The notes below the pieces were generated by a model. It worked only from the letters and a program-made list of their open reading frames with translations. It was not told the origin of the DNA and did no database searches. From positions 294,684-358,683 of the forward strand of contig NIVC01000608.1 in the NCBI GenBank assembly GCA_002269645.1: 64,000 bases of DNA. Direction: 5' to 3'. The number at the start of each line of letters is the position of its first letter. Within the stretch, counting starts at the first letter, position 1. The DNA is from Macrostomum lignano. Its lineage: Eukaryota. Of the stretch, positions 56,001 through 64,000 are shown one piece after another. Both the position numbers and the translations under genes were made by a program.

Positions 56001-56825
56001 AAAAGACTATAGGCAGTGGAGTGAGTAGTTGGTACAACTCCACTTCTTTAGTAACTGTTTATCTTGGCACCAGGAAATTCATATAGGAAAAAGTGCATGA
56101 TCTCTTCCAGAATCTCTGAACTTTGCACACCAACATAATTAAGATTGAGTTGCTTCTGTTGCTACTTGTGGCTAGATGGAATAGAGCCATCATGTTCAAA
56201 GGCAAACACTTTCCATAATGCTCTGACAGTTGGACTTAGAGGCTTCAGAATTGCTACTGATCTTTGTTGCTTATAACCTGGCTATTTATTACCTGAACTG
56301 CCATCATCTTAGGATGATTTACTGCTGGAAGTAGCAGCAACACTTACTTTGCACTTTTATATATGCTTGCATATCTGCTGAACAATTAGACTTACAAATG
56401 TGGCAAGCTTCCTACTGTGCAGATCTTTCAACTAATAGAAAATCTTATAGACCAAAAGCAATATCCTTTGATTACACTATCTCACAGACTAGGATGTATA
56501 GAAATTATTGTACTTGATATCACAAACTTCAACACAGGACAAGTATCAATTGTCTAATTACTTATATTGATTGAATAAATCATCCATGATGTATTTTAAA
56601 AAGCAGTTGACAAAGTTAGAGTTTGTTTTAAACTTGCACCTTTACTTAGGTTAATTAAAAACTCAGAAGTGTGTTAGCCAATTCAGCCATCTGAGAAAAG
56701 GTATAGACATTTAGCCATGGTAAATATCTAGCAGATGCTTGCTTTATCTGCATTGATTACACCTGCTATATATCTAACAATCAATTGGTATCTGTCTTGC
56801 TAGAAGGCAAGGCACAAATGTTTAC

Positions 56826-57020
56826 CTTCAAGCAAGAAGTATGCAAAATTTTGTTCTTTGGCAATCCTGGAAATGAGCTCATCATCATTGATTTCATTTT
56901 CATTGCTAGTAAAAATACAAACATATTGAGTATCAGTGATACCTAGTTTTTGGCATCCTTTAATTCTTAATTGGTCAAGAGAAGAAGCATATATGACTTC
57001 ACTGACCTATTATAGTTGCT
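56826..57020 (-). pseudogene. CIDE-N-like domain remnant (one frameshift), ending at a GTAAAC donor
   Basis: NYNRSVK/xIYASSLDQLRIKGCQKLGITDTQYVCIFTSNENEINDDELISRIAKEQNFAYFLLEG resembles the CIDE-N pattern by eye only. Confidence 0.4.
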
Positions 57021-58236
57021 AATTTGAATTTAAAGAAAAGAAGTGAAAAAGAATCAGCATAAGTCTAGTAGAACACTAAATAATAGTTTAATTTGCCAAT
57101 TAGGCTGCAAATATTATTTTTTTAAACATGTAAAAGCACTTGTTGTCAATTGTTGTCTTGTTGATATAATGTCTATTGGCTTGATAGCAAAAGCCTTAAG
57201 TAAACTTGTAGCTTTACAAAAAATGAAAAAGGTTTTGGTTTTTACATATTTGAGTTTACAAATTTTATGTGGATTATGCATATTTTTATTTTGTGACTTT
57301 ATTTTATTTTGTGTTCATTACATATTGCATATTTTATAACCTAGAAATAGCAAACAGACATCTAACACTTAACAAATCTTGCTAAACAGACAATTTATCA
57401 AATCTAGCTGGGAAGGGGCATGTCTTTACATAGTTTTGAACTACTTAATAAAAATTCTAAGAATGCATCAATCATATCTTATAAATTTAATTGGTTTATA
57501 AAATTATAAAATTATTATATGAAAATTACTTGTAGCATATGTACTTATCTACTGGTAGCATATGTACTATTTCTTGGGCTGAGCAATTATTGGTGCTGTC
57601 TACCCTATTCCAATATTTCTGTTACTCCTATAAAGGGGTTTCTCTCAGTCCTAGGCATTCCCAGGATCAGAGGGTCATGGCTTCTAAACGTTTATATTGC
57701 TCTGTAGCAATTTACTGCTCTAAGGCGATTCTTGCTTTCAGTGGGTTTCAACTCTCCCCATTTGGGATGTCTCATCTCCTAGGAAATAATTAAAGTCTTC
57801 AAGAATTGCAAGTCCATATCAATAGGAGTGTAAGTAAATTTAAAATGGTCAGAAAAAATCATTTGTACAGACTGCATAGCATTTTAAACATGTATAACAA
57901 CAAACTACTGATTACTATCTCACAATGCAATATTTTTATAATGCCAAGTAGCATTTCTCTTGCCTTAAAGATTGTAAAAAGTAGCTGCTGCAAAAGTTTC
58001 TACAGTGAATTTGTTTTGTTGTTCATAGTTTTAGAAAAGCAAAAAATACTAAATTAGCATATCATTCTTTTTTATAAAATGGACCTTTTTGCAATTGCAA
58101 GTCCAAAGAGTGCAAATTTTTTGGACCTCTCTTGGACTTTTATGATTAACAGTGTGCTAAGTTTGGAAGATGATTAATAAGATGCAACCTAAAATTTACA
58201 TATAATAATGCGAATTCTTCTCACAGCTGGTGGCCC

Positions 58237-59973
58237 ATGGACAGCGGACAATTTACCGAAGACATCAGTCGCCAAATGCGCATACCAGACAGGCTGGGCC
58301 CAATGGCAGACAGGGATTATGAAGCCCTCCACACTGACACTGATGGCGGCTTCAGCCGTGCCGCACAGCAACAGCCCGCGTTTCTCGGCGCTCTCGATTT
58401 GATGAGCGTGCCGGATCGACTGCTAGCTACTTTTGAACCCGCGCCAGCCGACGATTTTAACAATACTTATCGTAGTTACTATAGCGACGCCAGGGCTGAC
58501 GCGGGCGGCGGGGCTAAGCTTGCGGACCCGGCTCTGACTATTGATACACCGCCAGCCACCATCACTCTGGACAAGGTGCGGTATCCGGACTTCCCAGCCT
58601 CCGATGAGAGCAGCTTGTGAGTTCAATGCTCGCATGATTGCTAATTGACTGCCTGCTGAATTTAAACCTCTTATGGGTTTTTTTCCAAGATAAATAGAAT
58701 CGCCCCACCCCCATCTTAATAATCGCCCCACACCCATCTCAATAATCGCCTCACACCCATCTCAATAATCGCCCCACACCCATCTCAAGAATGGCCCCAT
58801 CCCCATCTCAAGAATGGCCCCATCCCCATCTCAAGAATCGCCCCACACCCATCTCAAGAATCGCCCCACACCCATCTCAAGAATCGCCCCACACCCATCT
58901 CAAGAATCGCCCCACACCCATCTCAAGAATGGCCTCATCCCCATCTCAAGAATGGCCCCATCCCCTCCTCAAGAATGGCCCCATCCCTCCTCAAGAATGG
59001 CCCCATCCCCTCCTCAAGAATGGCCCCATCCCCATCTCAAGAAGTGCCCCATCCCCATCTCAAGAATGGCCTCATCCCTCCTCAAGAAGTGCCCCATCCC
59101 CTCCTCAAGAAGTGCCCCATCCCCTCCTCAAGAAGTGCCCCATCCCCTCAAAAATGGCCCCATCCCCTCCTCAAGAATGGCCCCATCCCCTCCTCAAGAA
59201 TGGCCCCATCCCCATCTCAAGAATGGCCTCATCCCTCCTCAAGAATGGCCTCATCCCTCCTCAAGAAGTGCCCCATCCCCTCAAGAATGGCCCCATCCCC
59301 TCCTCAAGAATGGCCCCATCCCCTCCTCAAGAATGGCCCCATCCCCATCTCAAGAATGGCCTCATCCCTCCTCAAGAATGGCCTCATCCCTCCTCAAGAA
59401 GTGCCCCATCCCCTCCTCAAGAAGTGCCCCATCCCCTCCTCAAGAATGGCCCCATCCCCATCTCAAGAAGTGCCCCATCCCCATCTCAAGAATGGCCTCA
59501 TCCCTCCTCAAGAAGTGCCCCATCCCCTCCTCAAGAAGTGCCCCATCCCCTCCTCAAGAAGTGCCCCACACCCATCTCAAGAATGGCCCCATCCCAATCT
59601 CAAGAATCGCCCCACACCCATCTCAAGAAGTGCCCCATCCCCATCTCAAAAATCGCCCCATCCCCATTTTAATAATCAATCCATCGCCATCTAAAGAATG
59701 GCCGCAGGCAAGAAGAAGCGCCGCAGGCTGAGCAGCCGGCAGCGTCCGGCCTCGCCGCCCAGCAACAGCATCTACGAGTTGGACGATGACGCAACAGTGG
59801 CGCCGACAGCTCTGGCGGCCTCCAAGCTGGCCAAACTGCAGCGTCGCGTTGAAGCGCTGGAGTCCGAGAGCCGGAAGCGGCGTCAACTGGAGATGGCGCT
59901 GTACTCGGCTTTGGGAACTTACCTGCTGTTGAAATTGGCCAGTTGGCTAGTGGCCAGCGGTGCAAATCGATAA
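58237..59973 (+). CDS. MFF: Mitochondrial fission factor (Mff/Tango11); join(58237..58616,59697..59973), 218 aa
   Basis: N-terminal repeats FTEDISRQMRIPDRL and MSVPDRL; LTIDTPPATITL; coiled coil KLQRRVEALE...RRQLE and C-terminal TM tail anchor. Donor GTGAGT at 58617, acceptor AAG at 59694-96, phase 2. Confidence 0.88.
58700..59670. repeat. 22-23-bp C-rich tandem repeat (CCCCATCCCCTCCTCAAGAATGG and variants), about 42 copies, MFF intron
   Basis: Visible periodicity; explains the three Pro-rich ORFs at 58791-59731. Confidence 0.93.
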
Positions 59974-60599
59974 GCTCCATTTGATTTCGTTTCGCCCGCC
60001 GCCCACAAAGTTGCAATCGTCATCATTTTCGCGCGCTTTCTTTCGTTTCTTAGCCCGGAACTATCGAGTGCTTTTTTGCTCGGACCTTTCACGAATAATT
60101 ATTAAAAATGTAGTTCTCCATTATTTTTCACTACTAACAGTAGTAGATATCAGTAGTAAATATCGATTGGTGCAAAAGATACGAGTGTGAATAACATTTT
60201 CAGTTTAGTGTGAAACCCAATAAAAGGGTCTGCCGTGCTTCCTTTGTATTGTCATTATATTTTACGGTACGTTTAAAACAAAAATGTTTACTTGTTTTTT
60301 CATTAATTTTATTCAACAGAAAGCGCCTAAAAGCTATGGCTATTTTGAGAGAACTTTCTTTTCATAAAGTACTTCAAATCGCAATGTACGATCCATTGTG
60401 CGCCCACTGCTCAACAAAACCAACAAGAGGCTTTGAATAATAAGCGTATTAGATTTTTTTAATCACATTTTGGTTGCAATGATTTCTAACACTGCCTTAC
60501 TGTTGCCAGTTAACTTCTGCGGCATGGTATGCAATTTTTATCTACTCCTGGCTACTCTTATGGCCACTCACTCACCTATTCACTCATAAAGCATCATTA

Positions 60600-61030
60600 G
60601 GTGTCGCCCTTACTCTGAGACTCACCCTCAATCTCAGATTCACTGTCTCGCTCTGAGACCCAGCCTCTCGCTCTGAAACTCAGCGTCTTACTCTGAGGTT
60701 CTCTATCTCACTCTGAGCTTCACTGTCTCACTCTGGGATTCCCCCTCTCATTCTGAGATTCTCGATCTCACTGATATTCACTCTCACTGTGAGACTCACT
60801 CTCCCACTCTGAGATTCTCGATCTCACTGAGATTCACGCTCTCACTCTGAGACTCACCCAGTCACCCTTTGTTTTGTGATTCATTCTCTCACTGTGAGAT
60901 TCACTCTCTCATTCTGAGATTCACCGTCTCGCTCTGAGATTGGCCCTCTCTAAGATTCGTCTTGTTCTAAGATTTACCCTCTCATCCTGAGATTCACCCT
61001 CTCACCCTGAGATTCACCCGCACTCTGAAC
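60600..61030. repeat. Diverged ~21-bp tandem repeat (core CTCTGAGATTCAC)
   Basis: Recurrent CTGAGA motif about every 20-22 bp. Confidence 0.7.
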
Positions 61031-61082
61031 CGGACTACTGCCCTCATTTGCAGCCCACACACCGTCGCGTAGCCATTAGAAG

Positions 61083-62423
61083 ATGTTCGGCAAGAAGAAA
61101 TCAGCCCCGGGAGCGAAGCCAAAGCTGGACGATAACGCCAAGGCGGCCGTCATGGCCACCGCCGGATTTGACGGCTCGGGTGGTGGAGGCAAAACTGGGG
61201 CTGGCGCCGGGGCCAGCGCATCCGGTACGCAGGCTGCGGCGGCTGGCGGTGCGCAACTGCTGAACCAGGCTCTGGAGCGGTACAGCGTGCGAATGAAGCG
61301 ATTTTGTAAGGCCGGCGCTATTTTGGCCGGAATTGGCATCGTTATCCTGCTGGTTGGAGCTCTGCTGGTCCACTTTTTCAAGGGCCACCTGTCGTCTAAT
61401 ACGTGGAAAAGGTCTGCGATGGGTTAGAGTGGGCTGGCGGGTGAGTTAGGGTGTTAGCTGGCGGGTGAGTTAGGGTGTTAGCTGGCGGGTGGGTTAGGGT
61501 GTTAGCTGGCGGGTGGGTTAGGGTGTTAGCTGGCGGGTGGGTTAGGGTGTTAGCTGGCGGGTGGTTAGGGTGTTAGCTGGCGGGTAGGTTAGGGTGTTAG
61601 CTGGCGGGTGGGTTAGGGTGTTAGCTGGCGGGTGGGTTAGGGTGTTAGCTGGCGGTGGGTTAGGGTGTTAGCTGGCGGGTGGGTTAGGGTGTTAGCTGGC
61701 GGGTAGGTTAGGGTGTTAGCTGACGGGTGGGTTAGGGTGTTAGCTGGCGGGTGGGTTAGGGTGTTAGCTGGCGGGTAGGTTAGGGTGTTAGCTGACGGGT
61801 GGGTTAGGGTGTTAGCTGACGGGTGGGTTAGGGTGTTAGCTGGTGGGTGGGTTAGGGTGTTAGCTGGCGGGTGGGTTAGGGTGTGAGCTGGCTGGTGGGT
61901 TAGGGTGTTAGCTGGCGGGCGGGTTAGGGTGTTAGCTGGCGGGCGGGTTAGCAGATGGTTTAAGGTGTGGTAGTTAAAATTCACATGCACACCCCAATGT
62001 CCCTGTTTGCAGAATTCCGGGCATTTTCGGCATCGTATTCCTGCTGCTCAGCCTGCTGATGCTGGGCATTGCCATCCTGCTGCTTGTGTGCGCTTATCAC
62101 CTGATGAAGAATCGGGACAGAGACGTGAGTTAATATTTAATATTGTATAGGCTTAATCGGGTTGAGTGAATGCGTGTAAATTTGCACTCACCCTACTAAC
62201 AGTAGTAGCAGCAGTAGTAATTCTCTAAACTGTGCGCAAATTTCTTCAGTCGGCTTCGCCTTGCGTGAACCTACAACCGCCGCAGCCGGGCAGCCTACCG
62301 GACACCGCCTATCCCAAACAGGAGGTCCCCAAACAGAAAGGCGCCGGTGACGCTTCGGCTCCAGACGACGAATCGGCGCCGCTTCGTGCTACTGAAGAGG
62401 CGGAAGCGGAGGCGACTGCGTAG
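61083..62423 (+). CDS. Uncharacterised two-TM membrane protein; join(61083..61411,62013..62124,62250..62423), 204 aa
   Basis: Phase-compatible GT-AG junctions. TM1 AGAILAGIGIVILLVGALLVHFF, TM2 IPGIFGIVFLLLSLLMLGIAILLLVCAY; no family recognised. Confidence 0.75.
61432..61950. repeat. 24-bp tandem repeat containing TTAGGG (GGGTGGGTTAGGGTGTTAGCTGGC), about 21 copies, intron 1 of the 2-TM gene
   Basis: Visible periodicity. Confidence 0.95.
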
Positions 62424-62979
62424 AGTCGTAGACGCAGTGCGGAGCAGACACTACCGGGTTTACTATAATAATGTTTACCAATAAAAAGCGTATATATCCG
62501 GTATATATAAATATTCATAATATACTCGTAAAATATTTTTTGTTTTCTGTTTGCCTTTTGTCTTACTGCTATTATTAATTCTATTTTTTGCGGTTTATGT
62601 CTAAAGCTGTTCATGGGGCCAGCTAACCAAAAGTGCATCTGCACTGGAATTAATTCAGGAGTCTTCCTTTGCTAGTTCTGTCTTGGGATTTGATTAGACT
62701 TTGAAGTTAGAGTGCTGATGGTTTATAAGCCAATGGAAAATAATTTTAATAATTACCTTAAATTGCTTTGTTTGTATACTTAGCATAACTTGATTTTCAT
62801 ACAAATTTCTAGTTATTTTATTTAAATTTGTAACCCCTTAGTTTTTCCGTCGATATTATGTATAGTTTCAGCTATATAAAATGCAACTACTGTTCTTGGT
62901 TTTCTCGCTATTATTACCAGCTTTGTAAATTAAGGCGTCAATGAAAAATTGGTAGCCGGGAAGAGGATTGTTACATTAG

Positions 62980-64000
62980 GGCTTGGGTAAGAGTTTGTCG
63001 CGGGAGAGAGCGTGTACATTGAGGGTGAGGGTAGGAGCTTGTCGCGGGAGAGAGCGTGTACATTGAGGGTGAGGGTAGGAGCTTGTCGCGGGAGAGAGCG
63101 TGTGTACATAGAGGGTGCAGGAGTAGAAGCTTGTCGCGAGAGAGAGCGTGTGTACATTAAGGGTGAGGGTAGGAGCTTGTCGCGGGAGAGAGCGTGTGTA
63201 CATTGAGGGTGAGGGTAGGAGCTTGTCGCGGGAGAGAGCGTGTGTACATAGAGGGTGGGAGTAGAAGCTTGTCGCGAGAGAGAGCGTGTGTACATTGAGG
63301 GTGAGGGTAGGAGCTTGTCGCGGGAGAGAGCGTGTGTACATAGAGGGTGGGAGTAGAAGCTTGTCGCGAGAGAGAGCGTGTGTACATTGAGGGTGAGGGT
63401 AGGAGCTTGTCGCGGGAGAGAGCGTGTACATTGAGGGTGAGGGTAGGAGCTTGTCGCGGGAGAGAGCGTGTACTTTGAGGGTGGGAGTAGAAGCTTGTCG
63501 CGAGAGAGAGCGTGTGTACATTGAGGGTGAGGGTAGGAGCTTGTCGCGGGAGAGAGCGTCTGTACATAGAGGGTGGGAGTAGAAGCTTGTCGCGAGAGAG
63601 AGCGTGTGTACATTGAGGGTGAGGGTAGGAGCTTGTCGCGGGAGAGAGCGTGTGTACATTGAGGGTGAGGGTAGGAGCTTGTCGCGGGAGAGAGCGTGTA
63701 CATTGAGGGTGAGGGTAGGAGCTTGTCGCGGGAGAGAGCGTGTGTACATTGAGGGTGAGGGTAGGAGCTTGTCGCGGGAGAGAGCGTGTACATTGAGGGT
63801 GAGGGTAGGAGCTTGTCGCGGGAGAGAGCGTGTGTACATAGAGGGTGGGAGTAGAAGCTTGTCGCGAGAGAGAGCGTGTGTACATTGAGGGTGAGGGTAG
63901 GAGCTTGTCGCGAGAGAGAGAGCGTGTGTAAATCGAAGTGGGGTAGGAGCTTGTTGCGGGAGAGAGCGTGTGTACATTGAGAGTTGGGTAAGAGTTTGTC
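62980..64000. repeat. 44/46-bp tandem repeat (GAGGGTGAGGGTAGGAGCTTGTCGCGGGAGAGAGCGTGTGTACATT), at least 22 copies, runs off the window end
   Basis: Visible periodicity with two alternating unit types. Confidence 0.95.

Noticed and set aside
58791-59731. Pro-rich ORFs here, and the repetitive ORFs at 67-441, 14106-14912, 23092-23586, 48843-49619, 61637-61990 and 62930-63977
   Set aside because: All are translations of tandem repeats or overlap real genes; no independent coding evidence.

Overview
Eukaryotic (animal) genomic DNA, not prokaryotic: GC-rich spliced genes, AT-rich intergenic DNA full of transposon debris, and minisatellites in most long introns. The style suggests a free-living flatworm such as Macrostomum (inference only). 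Host genes reconstructed by hand from splice sites and protein motifs: GPSM1/2 (3' exon), an EVH1-domain protein, a tight co-directional cluster HINT3-TMEM170-TELO2-ENTPD5/6, RPL5, a frameshifted low-complexity gene, a two-LIM CSRP/MLP, MFF and a 2-TM orphan. Two intact tRNA-Arg genes are present. The most interesting object is a 5755-bp near-intact APE-RT-RNaseH LINE (LOA-like; 36788-42542, minus strand, 9-bp TSD). Its first nucleotide is G1 of a hand-foldable HDV-like self-cleaving ribozyme. Downstream are a 30-nt polypyrimidine tract and TTTCAG acceptor just before an AUG, and a TGA-TAA-TGA/TAATG ORF1-ORF2 junction. Hypothesis (untested): the ribozyme-cut, uncapped RNA is re-capped by spliced-leader trans-splicing to make mRNA, while unspliced RNA serves as the transposition template. 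All coordinates, folds and homologies were derived by eye; no searches were run.
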